A DNA stretch of 64,000 nt, taken from assembly GCA_964493985.1 (NCBI GenBank), contig CAZBQL010000001.1, positions 3,849 to 67,848 of the forward strand. The letters run 5' to 3'. Of this stretch, positions 1-8,888 are shown piece after piece (the first letter of the stretch is position 1; every line of letters starts with the position of its first letter). Both the position numbers and the translations under genes were made by a program. This stretch comes from an uncultured Dehalococcoidales bacterium. GTDB taxonomy: Bacteria; Chloroflexota; Dehalococcoidia; Dehalococcoidales; UBA2162. The notes below the pieces were generated by a model, which was not told where the DNA came from, did no database searches, and saw only the letters and a list, made by a program, of their open reading frames with translations.

Positions 1-2
1 TC

Positions 3-224
3 CCTTCCGGTTTAGAAGATTTTATAAACAGAGTCAGAAAAACGACCGAAAAACCCCTCTGTGTCGGCTTCGGCATATCTACACCGGAACAGGCAGCACA
101 GGTAGGAAGATTAGCCGATGGTGTAATAGTTGGCAGCCGAATAGTCCAATTATTGGAGTCCAATGATTCATTTTCCAGAATCGGCAACTTTATTTCCGAA
201 TTACGGCATGCGCTTGATTCATAA
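3..224 (+). CDS. trpA: tryptophan synthase alpha chain, C-terminal fragment (5' end outside window)
   Basis: Frame-3 translation from the window edge reads ...KPLCVGFGISTPEQAAQVGRLADGVIVGSRIVQLLE...*. GFGIS and GVIVGS are the conserved C-terminal TrpA motifs. Stop TAA at 222-224. Absent from the ORF track because no start lies in the window. Confidence 0.75.
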   Translation, partial: PSGLEDFINRVRKTTEKPLCVGFGISTPEQAAQVGRLADGVIVGSRIVQLLESNDSFSRIGNFISELRHALDS

Positions 225-256
225 AATAATGCCCGCGTCCATAATTTCATAAACGA

Positions 257-298
257 AAGAAGGCCATCGTACATAAGATGGCCTTCTTTTTTATTTTC
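257..298. terminator. rho-independent terminator between trpA and the convergent small zinc-ribbon gene
   Basis: Perfect 12-bp stem AAGAAGGCCATC (257-268) / GATGGCCTTCTT (277-288) with an 8-nt loop, followed by TTTTTTATTTT. Confidence 0.8.
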
Positions 299-309
299 AT
301 AATTAAGCT

Positions 310-450
310 TTAGCCTTTTCCAATCCTGAACATCTTGGTCCCACAGGACGGGCATACACCCTGGGTTGCGGGTTTACCGTTCTTCATTGTAATTGCTTTT
401 GCGTCCTTAATCTCTTTCTTTGCCCTGCACTTTACACAATATCCTTCCAT
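310..450 (-). CDS. small zinc-ribbon protein, 46 aa (DUF5679-like)
   Basis: Reverse strand reads ATG..TAA = MEGYCVKCRAKKEIKDAKAITMKNGKPATQGVCPSCGTKMFRIGKG, with CxxC...CxxC. GGGAGG SD lies 7 nt upstream. Below the 60-aa cutoff of the ORF track. Confidence 0.6.
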   Translation of the reverse strand: MEGYCVKCRAKKEIKDAKAITMKNGKPATQGVCPSCGTKMFRIGKG

Positions 451-599
451 TACTCAACCTCCCTTTTGATTTGGTTTTAATTAGAGACTATAAACATAAA
501 CACGTACTTTGTCAAGCACTGAACGGAAATTTCTTCAGAAGATAAACATACCCTTACTCTTTAAGTTCGGAAATTATTTAATTTAATCGTGCGTAATTA

Positions 600-629
600 T
601 TGACATTATGGAGTAAGTATGCATAAAAT
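600..629 (+). promoter_or_regulatory. putative sigma70-type promoter of the tubulin-like gene
   Basis: TTGACA (600-605), 18-nt spacer, TAAAAT (624-629), about 28 nt upstream of ATG 657. Confidence 0.4.
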
Positions 630-656
630 TGCGAAAAGTTTGTGCTGAGGTGGTAT

Positions 657-1832
657 ATGAAAATAGTGGTAATTGGTCTGGGACAGTGCGGTGGAAGGAT
701 AGCTGATGAGTTCGCAAAACTGAATAACAAGGCTAAGAGACAGCGCGGCATTGAAATCGTAACCGGCGCTTTTGCTGTTAATACCGATGCTGCAGACCTG
801 AGTGGTCTGACCGCTATCAAGCGGGACTACCAGCACAGGATATTGATTGGCGGCAGAAAAACAGGAGGCCACGGCGTCGGCAAGGTAAACGAGCTTGGCG
901 CTGAGATCGCTAAAGAAGACTCCGATAAGGTAATAGACGCTATCAGGACAACCAAGCGTTTTTATGAATCTGATGCCTTCTTTCTGATCGCGAGTGCCGG
1001 TGGCGGTACCGGCTCAGGCGCTCTGCCGGTAATTACACAGCATGTTAAGGCTCGTTATTCCGACAAACCGGTATACACTGCCGTTGTCCTCCCCTTCGAA
1101 CATGAAGAACAGACCGAAGAACGTACAACCTATAATACCGCTACCTGTCTGAAATCAACCTACTCGGTCGCTGATGCGGTATTCCTTATTGATAACCAGA
1201 GGTATATCAGGAAGGATTCATCCCTCTCCAACAACCTGGCGAAAATCAACCAGATGATCGCCGAACCGTTTTACGGTATCCTCTGTGCCGGTGAGGAGAA
1301 AAAACCCAAATACATCGGCGCCAAACTGCTCGATGCCGGTGATATTATGCAGACCATCGTCGGCTGGACAGTCATCGGTTACGGAAATTCTCAGATACCC
1401 CTGCTCAGGTTCCCCGGTGAAAAGTCAAGGGACTTCATCAAGAAGGGGACCGAGACCCAGAAAGCCATCCAGGCTATGGACGCCGCTATAAGCGAGCTTT
1501 CCCTGAACTGCAAACCGGAAGATGCCAGGAGAGCGCTTTTCCTGTTATCGGCTCCTTCAAGGGAAATGAACGTGGACATGGTCAAAGAACTTGGTGATTA
1601 CATGAGGAATCTCGTTCCACTCGCTACTATCAGGAATGGCGACTATCCCAGACAAAGAGGATTACTGGATGTCAGCGTTATACTTTCCGAACTGAGTGAT
1701 GTTGAAAAGATAAGAGGTTACTATACCAAATCGGCCAGCCTCATACCGGTAATGAAGAGGAGACAGGAAGAAACCGTAGAAAAACTTATGGAAATAGATG
1801 AAACTTCCAAGGATATCCCATCACTACTGTAA
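657..1832 (+). CDS. tubulin/FtsZ-superfamily GTPase, CetZ-like
   Basis: Track ORF 642-1832. The likely start is ATG 657 (MKIVVIGLGQCGG) behind GAGGTGG. Motifs: T1 loop GLGQCGG, T4 loop GGGTGSG (tubulin/CetZ type, not FtsZ GGGTGTG), GHGVGKVNELGAEIAKED, and IDNQRY. Confidence 0.85.
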   Translation: MKIVVIGLGQCGGRIADEFAKLNNKAKRQRGIEIVTGAFAVNTDAADLSGLTAIKRDYQHRILIGGRKTGGHGVGKVNELGAEIAKEDSDKVIDAIRTTKRFYESDAFFLIASAGGGTGSGALPVITQHVKARYSDKPVYTAVVLPFEHEEQTEERTTYNTATCLKSTYSVADAVFLIDNQRYIRKDSSLSNNLAKINQMIAEPFYGILCAGEEKKPKYIGAKLLDAGDIMQTIVGWTVIGYGNSQIPLLRFPGEKSRDFIKKGTETQKAIQAMDAAISELSLNCKPEDARRALFLLSAPSREMNVDMVKELGDYMRNLVPLATIRNGDYPRQRGLLDVSVILSELSDVEKIRGYYTKSASLIPVMKRRQEETVEKLMEIDETSKDIPSLL

Positions 1833-1850
1833 AAGTTGAAAGACTGGACT

Positions 1851-1893
1851 ACCGGCTTCAAGTAAACAAATATTTGAGGCCGGTTTTTATTTT
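1851..1893 (+). terminator. rho-independent terminator after the tubulin-like gene
   Basis: 11-bp stem ACCGGCTTCAA / TTGAGGCCGGT with one G-U pair and a 12-nt loop, followed by TTTTTATTTT. Confidence 0.7.
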
Positions 1894-1952
1894 CGTCATT
1901 ATTCCTTTTTTACTGATATTTTTCTTGGGAAAGCCAACCTTATTGCGGTATA

Positions 1953-3728
1953 ATGGATAGCGATAACAATATGGCTTCACAGGTATTATATCGAAAATGG
2001 CGACCACGCTCTTTAGCTGAAGTAATCGGTCAGGAACCGGTAACGCAGACACTGCGTAATGCTCTCAGAAGCGGACGAGTTTCCCATGCTTACCTGTTCT
2101 GCGGTCCCCGGGGTACAGGAAAAACCAGCACTGCCCGTAGCCTGGCTAAGGCGATTAACTGTATTAATCCCAATGACGGTGAACCGTGTAATACCTGTGA
2201 AATGTGTCTTGCGATTTCTGAAGGCAGAGCACTGGATATTATAGAGATCGATGCGGCCAGCAATACAGGAGTCGAGGATATCCGCAGCCTCCGGGAGAAA
2301 GTAAACTACGCACCAAACCAGGCAAGTTACAAGGTCTATATCATCGACGAAGTCCATATGCTCAGTAACAGCGCTTCCAATGCGTTGCTTAAGACTCTTG
2401 AAGAACCACCCTCACATGTAGTATTTATTCTGGCCACTACCGAGGTCCAGAAAATCCTGACCACCATCCTTTCGCGATGCCAGCGTTTCGACTTCCGGAG
2501 ACTGACCCAGGCTGACCTGGTCTCGTATCTCGATTACGTTTGCCAGGGTGAGGGTATTAAGGTTAAACCGGAAGCAATGCAGCTAATAGCGAAAAGTGCT
2601 ACAGGCAGTGCCCGGGATGCTGTTAACCTCCTGGAAAGGCTGTCGACCTACTACGGCTCTGAAATCGGTCTTGAACAGGTGCAGGCGGTACTCGGGATCA
2701 CCGGAGATATGCGAAGCAGAGAACTTGTCAGGCATATAATGAACAGGGATATCACTGCCGGGCTTGCTACGATTAACGGAGTAAACAATGACGGTCTGGA
2801 CCTTAAACAATTCAACCGTGAACTCGTCGAATACCTCAGGGGATTATTACTGATCAAAACAGGCTCCGGAGATTCGGCAGACCTTGTTGCGGAAGATATC
2901 GAGGAATTAAAAGAAATTGCATCCGGTGTATCTCTTGAGCAGATATTGACCGCTGTCAGGTTGTTCGGGCAGCTTGAAATCGGTATCGATAATTATCCAA
3001 CCCTTCCACTGGAACTCGCTCTGATCGACTGTGTCCTTGCCGCTGAAAGTGAAAAAGAACAGGCAGAAAAGATTGATAATATAACACTCCATTCACAGAT
3101 AAAGACTTCGGCTCATGAACCGGCTTATACATCCGACCCTAAAGCAAAAGCACAACCGGCCAGGGAGACCAAGGAGAAACATGCTCAAGAGCATGACAAT
3201 CATGAGCCGGTGGCTGAAGAGATAGAGTCCGCACAAGAAGATGAAATAAGTGGACCGGCTATCGTGAACAGCGAACCTGCTCCCGAATCAGGAACCGAAC
3301 CCCGACATGAAGAAAAGATAGAGGAAAAGTCACAACCGCTATCTGAATCAGCCCGGGAAATTAAGCCTGAAGAAAATGGTTTATCTGCCCTGAACGGCGG
3401 CACGGAGTTGGAGAGATTAAAATTGAACTGGAGACAGGTTATCGACCTGGCGCCTCCGGAAACGAAGAAAACATCGGCTCTTGCCATTTTGAGAAGCGCT
3501 GGTATCGATCCACTTACGATCGACAATGATACGGTAGTACTGGCTTTCCGGCACAAACAGCATAAGGAGTTAATGGAAAAAACTGAAAACCTGAAGGTGG
3601 CGGAAAAAATACTCAGCAATTTCCTTGGAAGGTCCTGCCGCGTTTCCTGTGTGCAGGAAGACAACAACCATCTGTTAAAAGCAGCCCTGAAAATGGGTGC
3701 CCAAATAATCGACCAGGAGGAGAAATGA
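1953..3728 (+). CDS. dnaX: DNA polymerase III subunit gamma/tau
   Basis: LYRKWRP N-terminus, Walker A GPRGTGKTS, zinc module CNTCEMC, DEVHML. An acidic low-complexity linker precedes the C-terminal domain. The start may instead be ATG 1971 (MASQVLYRKWRP). Confidence 0.9.
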   Translation: MDSDNNMASQVLYRKWRPRSLAEVIGQEPVTQTLRNALRSGRVSHAYLFCGPRGTGKTSTARSLAKAINCINPNDGEPCNTCEMCLAISEGRALDIIEIDAASNTGVEDIRSLREKVNYAPNQASYKVYIIDEVHMLSNSASNALLKTLEEPPSHVVFILATTEVQKILTTILSRCQRFDFRRLTQADLVSYLDYVCQGEGIKVKPEAMQLIAKSATGSARDAVNLLERLSTYYGSEIGLEQVQAVLGITGDMRSRELVRHIMNRDITAGLATINGVNNDGLDLKQFNRELVEYLRGLLLIKTGSGDSADLVAEDIEELKEIASGVSLEQILTAVRLFGQLEIGIDNYPTLPLELALIDCVLAAESEKEQAEKIDNITLHSQIKTSAHEPAYTSDPKAKAQPARETKEKHAQEHDNHEPVAEEIESAQEDEISGPAIVNSEPAPESGTEPRHEEKIEEKSQPLSESAREIKPEENGLSALNGGTELERLKLNWRQVIDLAPPETKKTSALAILRSAGIDPLTIDNDTVVLAFRHKQHKELMEKTENLKVAEKILSNFLGRSCRVSCVQEDNNHLLKAALKMGAQIIDQEEK

Positions 3729-4030
3729 ACTTCGATATGATAAAACAGGCCCGGGAACTGAAATCCAAGATGGATAAAACCCAGAAAGAACTGGGAAAAA
3801 CCATCATCGAGGTTGAATCGGGTAAAGGGGCTATAAAAGTGACTATTGATGGCCAGCAGAACATACGCTCCATAAAAATATCACCGGATGTCATTGACCC
3901 GAACAAAGCGGAAAATCTCGAGAAACTTCTTCTCAAGGCAATAAAAGAAGCCACGGATAAATCCCAGAAAATGGCTTCCAAGGAATTGAGCAAGTTGACC
4001 GGTGGTATGAAAATACCCGGCCTTATGTAG
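3725..4030 (+). CDS. ybaB: YbaB/EbfC nucleoid-associated protein
   Basis: 101 aa. The start overlaps the dnaX stop (ATGA). The sequence is ...[27 protein letters not shown]...[12 protein letters not shown]..., and it sits in the conserved dnaX-ybaB-recR order. Confidence 0.9.
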   Translation: MNFDMIKQARELKSKMDKTQKELGKTIIEVESGKGAIKVTIDGQQNIRSIKISPDVIDPNKAENLEKLLLKAIKEATDKSQKMASKELSKLTGGMKIPGLM

Positions 4031-4050
4031 TTAACGAAGGAGTCGTACTA

Positions 4051-4662
4051 TTGAACGAGAATTCTCAACCCACGGCGGAGCCGATAAACAGGCTTATTCG
4101 TGAGTTTAATAAACTCCCCGGCATCGGTCCCAAGAGCGCTCAGCGAATTGCCTTTTACCTGTTACGCGCTTCCGAAGAAAACGCACGGGACCTTGCAGAT
4201 GCCGTATTGTCCGTGAAAAGCCAGATTACGCTCTGTTCGTCCTGCTTTAACGTTACCGATTCGAATCCATGCCGGATATGCAGCAGCACGGAGCGCGATC
4301 AAACGAAAATATGCATCGTCGAACAACCCCAGGATATCCTTGCACTGGAACATACCCGTGTCTACAAAGGTCTCTATCACGTCCTTCACGGTGCGATATC
4401 TCCCACCGAGGGAGTGGGTACCGAGGATATAAGGGTGAGAGAACTGCTTGACCGCCTGAAGAATGACACCGTCGAAGAAGTGATATTAGCTACCAACACC
4501 AACATGGAAGGACAGCAGACCGCGATGTACCTCCATCACGTGATTTCAAACCTCGGTATAAAGGTAACCCGTCTTGCCATGGGACTACCCTTTGGCACCG
4601 AACTGGAATACGCCGATGATGTCACTCTTACCCGTGCTCTCGAAGGCAGACAGGAACTGTAA
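4051..4662 (+). CDS. recR: recombination protein RecR
   Basis: TTG start. HhH motif [15 protein letters not shown]4 zinc finger CSSC...CRIC, Toprim [14 protein letters not shown]. Confidence 0.9.
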   Translation: MNENSQPTAEPINRLIREFNKLPGIGPKSAQRIAFYLLRASEENARDLADAVLSVKSQITLCSSCFNVTDSNPCRICSSTERDQTKICIVEQPQDILALEHTRVYKGLYHVLHGAISPTEGVGTEDIRVRELLDRLKNDTVEEVILATNTNMEGQQTAMYLHHVISNLGIKVTRLAMGLPFGTELEYADDVTLTRALEGRQEL

Positions 4663-4695
4663 CTTCACCTGTTTATTCACGGGAGGAATGATGTT

Positions 4696-5205
4696 ATGAT
4701 ACGTCTCCTGTATATCATTTGTCTGTTTTCCTTGATTCTCCTCTTTCCGGGTTGTTCTTCAGAGCCGGAGAATCCTGTGAATATGAGTTTTGGAGACCTG
4801 AAAGGACAACTTGAGGACGCCAGGGTGATAATAACGAGTATTGAGGAAGCTTCTTACCCACTTTTCAAGAATCGAAATGATGAGACCATTTTCTCTGTCC
4901 GGGCAAAGAAAATAGAGTATGAACACGGAGGTTCCCTCCTTGTATGGGAATATCCTGACCAAGAATCAGCCATAACTGAAACGAAGCTAATATCACGAGA
5001 CGGTTACGACCTGAATAATCCCGAAAAGCAGTTGATAATCCACCTCGACTGGATTTCTCCACCGCACTGGTTCCAGAAGGGCAGGCTTATCGTCCTCTAT
5101 GTCGCCCCTTCACTCCCGACGGACGATCACGAGACTCTGGCAGCAGTGAGGAAAATACTCGGGCAACAATTCGCCGGAAGCGGACCGGTCAGAGAGGTTG
5201 AATAA
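4696..5205 (+). CDS. hypothetical secreted protein or lipoprotein
   Basis: N-terminal signal peptide MIRLLYIICLFSLILLFPGC with a lipobox-like FPGC. No recognisable domain. Confidence 0.6.
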   Translation: MIRLLYIICLFSLILLFPGCSSEPENPVNMSFGDLKGQLEDARVIITSIEEASYPLFKNRNDETIFSVRAKKIEYEHGGSLLVWEYPDQESAITETKLISRDGYDLNNPEKQLIIHLDWISPPHWFQKGRLIVLYVAPSLPTDDHETLAAVRKILGQQFAGSGPVREVE

Positions 5206-5968
5206 ACAACAATGGAGATACGCCATGACGAAAAATAATAGCTGGCAGGAATATTTTAACAGTCATGCTCCAAGGTATATGCAGAATCCCTTCACCTATG
5301 GGACTCTGAAGGAGATAGATTTCCTGATTGAAGAACTGGCTTTGCCGAAAGGAAGCAGCATTCTGGATATCGGCTGTGGCACGGGAAGACATTCTATCGA
5401 ACTGGCAAAATACGGTTATATCGTCACCGGAGTCGATATTTCTTCAGGCATGCTTACCGAAGCAGAAGCCACCGCAAAAGACGAAGGTATAGAGATTGAA
5501 CTGGTAAACTCTGACGCGGCGGAATACAGGTCGGAACCGGTATTCGACGCCGCCATCTGCCTGTGCGAAGGCGCTTTCTGCCTGCTGGGGGAAGGAGATG
5601 ATCCTCACGAAAGGGACTTAACCATACTCAGGAACATCTTCGCCGCTCTGAAACCGGGGGCAAAATTTATCCTGACAGCCCTTAACGGCTGCATGCCTAT
5701 CCGGCAGTATACTCAGGAAGACATCGACAGGGGAATCTTCGATCCCGTGACACTGGTAGAAACCCACCTTATGGAAATAGATAACTCCGAAGATATTCTT
5801 ATCGTCCGCGAGCGCTCCTATACTCCATCAGAGCTTGTACTGTTGTTCAAAATAGCAGGATTCAAGATAGAAAATGTCTGGGGAGGTACAGCCGGCAACT
5901 GGGGAAAACGACCTCTCGACCTTGATGAAATGGAGGTTATGGTCGCGGCCCGAAAACCGGTATTATAG
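5198..5968 (+). CDS. class I SAM-dependent methyltransferase
   Basis: Motif I ILDIGCGTGRH and an acidic loop VTGVDIS. The start could be ATG 5225. Confidence 0.8.
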   Translation: MNKQQWRYAMTKNNSWQEYFNSHAPRYMQNPFTYGTLKEIDFLIEELALPKGSSILDIGCGTGRHSIELAKYGYIVTGVDISSGMLTEAEATAKDEGIEIELVNSDAAEYRSEPVFDAAICLCEGAFCLLGEGDDPHERDLTILRNIFAALKPGAKFILTALNGCMPIRQYTQEDIDRGIFDPVTLVETHLMEIDNSEDILIVRERSYTPSELVLLFKIAGFKIENVWGGTAGNWGKRPLDLDEMEVMVAARKPVL

Positions 5969-6002
5969 ACAGACTTTGTTTCAATTATTGATTTTAACCT
6001 TG

Positions 6003-6027
6003 GCTCTCTCTCCTCGTGAGAGAGAGC
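6003..6027. other. GA/CT hairpin after the methyltransferase gene
   Basis: GCTCTCTCTC-ctcgt-GAGAGAGAGC, a perfect 10-bp stem. No U-tract follows. Confidence 0.3.
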
Positions 6028-6076
6028 TGAAGTGAGGGAACCAGATTAAATTATCAACCCCGCAAGGAGAGAGAAA

Positions 6077-6787
6077 ATGAGACAAATCACTGGAATAAAG
6101 GCAATTGCGTTCGATACCGACGGTACACTGGTGGATTTCATCAAGGTGATGCGTCATTCACTGGGATGTTCTCTCCGTGAACTTGAAAAACATCACTCCG
6201 GCTCGTCGACCAGGATGAATGCCGACCGGATGATCGAGATCAGGGATGCCGTGGCGGAAATGTCCGGAGGTACCATCGTCGATTTCAGGGCTGTCAGGCT
6301 CGAGTCATTCAGACAGATACTTGCAATAGTCGGCAGGCAGGATGAATCTCTGGCACACCATCTCTATAACCTGTATATGAAGCACCGTTACGAGGATATC
6401 GAAGTGTACGAGGACGTTATCCCGGTGCTTGAAGCATTAAAAAGCCGGTACATCCTAGGACTGCATTCCAACGGCAACAGTTACCCGGAATTGTGCGGGC
6501 TGGAAGGATACTTTAGTTTTATGGTGTTTTCCGAGGAATGCGGTATCGAAAAACCTGATCCTGGATTCTACCGGGTCGTGCTCCAACAAGCCGGGTGTAC
6601 ACCCGATGAGTTGCTGAATGTCGGTGATTCACTGCATAATGATGTTACATCCGCTGCTTCGTTAGGGATACCCAGCGTATGGCTGAACAGGAAAGGTGAA
6701 ACAAGACCGGCCGATATCGATGTCGAGTTCGAAATACGTTCGCTTTCGGACTTGCCGAACCTCATTGACCTTACCGAAAACCGATAG
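6077..6787 (+). CDS. HAD-superfamily hydrolase
   Basis: Motif I AFDTDGTLVD, plus downstream S/T, K and GDSxxND (VGDSLHNDV) motifs. Confidence 0.8.
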   Translation: MRQITGIKAIAFDTDGTLVDFIKVMRHSLGCSLRELEKHHSGSSTRMNADRMIEIRDAVAEMSGGTIVDFRAVRLESFRQILAIVGRQDESLAHHLYNLYMKHRYEDIEVYEDVIPVLEALKSRYILGLHSNGNSYPELCGLEGYFSFMVFSEECGIEKPDPGFYRVVLQQAGCTPDELLNVGDSLHNDVTSAASLGIPSVWLNRKGETRPADIDVEFEIRSLSDLPNLIDLTENR

Positions 6788-6808
6788 GACTCTTCGGAGT
6801 GACACTGC

Positions 6809-7618
6809 ATGACCTACACTTTATTCAAGAACATATTCAAAGGTAATACGTTCAGGGTGGAGGACCTTTACCTCCTGGAATCGTTTCAGATAGGTTACCT
6901 TCCCGGTTACCTGCCCGAACGGGAATTCGCGGCTGTTCTCTGGGCATATCCACCCATTAAGACATTCCTCGAAAAGAAATGCCCGGACATTATTTCCTTC
7001 ATCGAACACGTAACGGCTAAACATGGGCCGGCGAAGGGCCAGCGGCAACTGGCGGAATTCAGTGATACGGTGGTCTGGACTATCGCAGACCTGCTGGTCT
7101 ATAACAAGTGCCCAAACGAATATGATAAACAGGAATTCAATAAATGGGATTTCAATGAAGTCACATCAATAACTTCCCTCGATGATAAGGTAGTGATCGA
7201 TACCGGAGCCGGGACAGGCAGGGTAACACTGGAAGCCGCCCTTACTGCTAAATATATATATTCGATTGAACCGGTAACCAGACTCAGGCAGTTTATCCGT
7301 GAGAAAACGAAAGAAATGGGATTAACCAATGTATTCGTTCTCGAAGGATTCCAGCATTCCATTCCCCTGCCGGACGAATTTGCTGATGTTCTACTCACCT
7401 CTCACGCGCTGGGATGGCAACTCGAAGAAGAATTACAGGAATTCGAACGAGTAACCCGGAAAGGCGGCCACATCATACACTGCCCCGGTACGGCGGAAGA
7501 GTCCCTTAACGATGAACACAAGCACCAGCGGTTGATATCCGAAGACTGGCAGTACGAATTTTCACGATACATGGAAGCCGACGGCTGGAAAAGAAAATAC
7601 TGGAAACAGGTAAAATAA
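6809..7618 (+). CDS. SAM-dependent methyltransferase with an uncharacterised N-terminal domain
   Basis: Motif I VIDTGAGTGRV in the middle of a 269-aa protein. Confidence 0.7.
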   Translation: MTYTLFKNIFKGNTFRVEDLYLLESFQIGYLPGYLPEREFAAVLWAYPPIKTFLEKKCPDIISFIEHVTAKHGPAKGQRQLAEFSDTVVWTIADLLVYNKCPNEYDKQEFNKWDFNEVTSITSLDDKVVIDTGAGTGRVTLEAALTAKYIYSIEPVTRLRQFIREKTKEMGLTNVFVLEGFQHSIPLPDEFADVLLTSHALGWQLEEELQEFERVTRKGGHIIHCPGTAEESLNDEHKHQRLISEDWQYEFSRYMEADGWKRKYWKQVK

Positions 7619-8388
7619 TGACTACCCCCAGGAACTACCAGACAGATGCTATAGTCATCAAGAAAACAAAACTGGGTGAAGCCGATACCATACTTACCCT
7701 CTATACTCCCGATCGCGGGAAGATCCAGGGATTTGCCAGGAGTCTAAGAAAGACAAAAAGTAAAATGGCCGGTCACCTTGAACTTCTTACCCATAGCCGT
7801 GTTACTTTTGCCCGTGGCAGGAATATTGATACGATCACCGGCAGCCAGACTATCGACAGCTTCGTTCCGTTAAAAAACGATTATAAATTAATGTCTTATG
7901 CGTTATACGTTATCGAACTCGTCAACCAGTTTACCCCCGATCATTATGAGGACTACAATCTATTTCGGTTACTGCTTGAAACATTGAAGAACCTGTGCCA
8001 GGCAGATGATATCGAAACCTTACTGAGGTTTTTCGAAATCCATCTCCTGGGTGAAGTGGGATACCGTCCTCAACTTCAGCATTGTGTAAACTGTAGGAAA
8101 GAACTTGAACCTGTAACAAATACGTTCAGCCCCGGTTCAGGAGGAGTACTTTGCCCCGACTGCAGTTACAAAAGTGCGTCCGTCCTGTTTTCACTCTCCG
8201 TGAACGCTCTGAAAGTCCTGCGATTTTTCCAGAATAATGACTACGATACAGCATCCCGGCTGAAGGTACCTCCCGAGTTGTCAACCGAACTTGAAAAGAT
8301 TATAAGGGGGTATATCCGGTACCTTCTTGAAAAAGACCTGAGATCAGTCGCCTGGCTGGATAGTTTAAAGTTCGATTCGGGAATATAA
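7618..8388 (+). CDS. recO: DNA repair protein RecO
   Basis: OB-fold N-terminus DAIVIKKTKLGEADTILTLYTPDRGKI and a zinc motif CVNC...CPDC. The start overlaps the upstream stop (TAATG). Confidence 0.85.
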   Translation: MTTPRNYQTDAIVIKKTKLGEADTILTLYTPDRGKIQGFARSLRKTKSKMAGHLELLTHSRVTFARGRNIDTITGSQTIDSFVPLKNDYKLMSYALYVIELVNQFTPDHYEDYNLFRLLLETLKNLCQADDIETLLRFFEIHLLGEVGYRPQLQHCVNCRKELEPVTNTFSPGSGGVLCPDCSYKSASVLFSLSVNALKVLRFFQNNDYDTASRLKVPPELSTELEKIIRGYIRYLLEKDLRSVAWLDSLKFDSGI

Positions 8389-8649
8389 GTATTAAAGCAA
8401 CATATCGAACTACTCTGAGAATTCATGAATACTGCAGGAAAGCTCTTTCTTCGTCAATTACGACTTTCTCCCCGTCATAAATTAAAACCCGCCTGTAACG
8501 GTAATGTAGTGCTTCTGGTTATGTCTGCGGTTTATAGATAATCCACCTGTATCATAAAGTCCGTATACTCTCTGCGGGTCATCCGAATCTTGACTACCTA
8601 AAAAAAGTAGCCTACCATAAGATATCTAAATCAGACGAGGAGAAGAGAA

Positions 8650-8877
8650 ATGAGAAGTACCGCTTTGATGAATGGAGCGCTTATAGGTTTCGGATTGGGA
8701 TTTATACTTGCTAGCTTAGCTTTATATAGACTGGTCGCCGACTATGTACCCCAATATGCGAACACGTGGTATTTCCAGGGAATTGCTATTGTGGGCGGGG
8801 CCGGTCTGATTGTCGGTATTATTTTTGAAATTATTGAAAGAGTTAAAGCCAGAAATAAACCGGAAGAAACGGAATAA
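8650..8877 (+). CDS. small membrane protein (2 TM)
   Basis: 75 aa with two hydrophobic helices. GAGGAG SD upstream. Confidence 0.5.
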   Translation: MRSTALMNGALIGFGLGFILASLALYRLVADYVPQYANTWYFQGIAIVGGAGLIVGIIFEIIERVKARNKPEETE

Positions 8878-8888
8878 ACAGGACTAAA

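Noticed and set aside
1833-1952. SRP RNA (ffs), which often precedes dnaX in Firmicutes-type gene order.
   Set aside because: The interval contains only a terminator hairpin and a promoter-like sequence. There is no SRP domain IV motif.
3040-3062. Programmed -1 frameshift site in dnaX (E. coli uses A AAA AAG).
   Set aside because: Only GAA AAA GAA is present. There is no slippery heptamer with a downstream hairpin that I could find.
6003-6027. (CT)n/(GA)n hairpin as a terminator of the methyltransferase gene.
   Set aside because: The 10-bp stem is perfect but has no U-tract, so it is kept only as a low-confidence structural feature.
8389-8649. 260-bp ORF-free gap between recO and the small membrane gene, examined for an ncRNA (SRP, 6S, riboswitch).
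   Set aside because: No conserved motif or extended secondary structure was recognisable by eye. Only 6-aa and 16-aa ORFs lie on the minus strand. A covariance-model scan would be needed.
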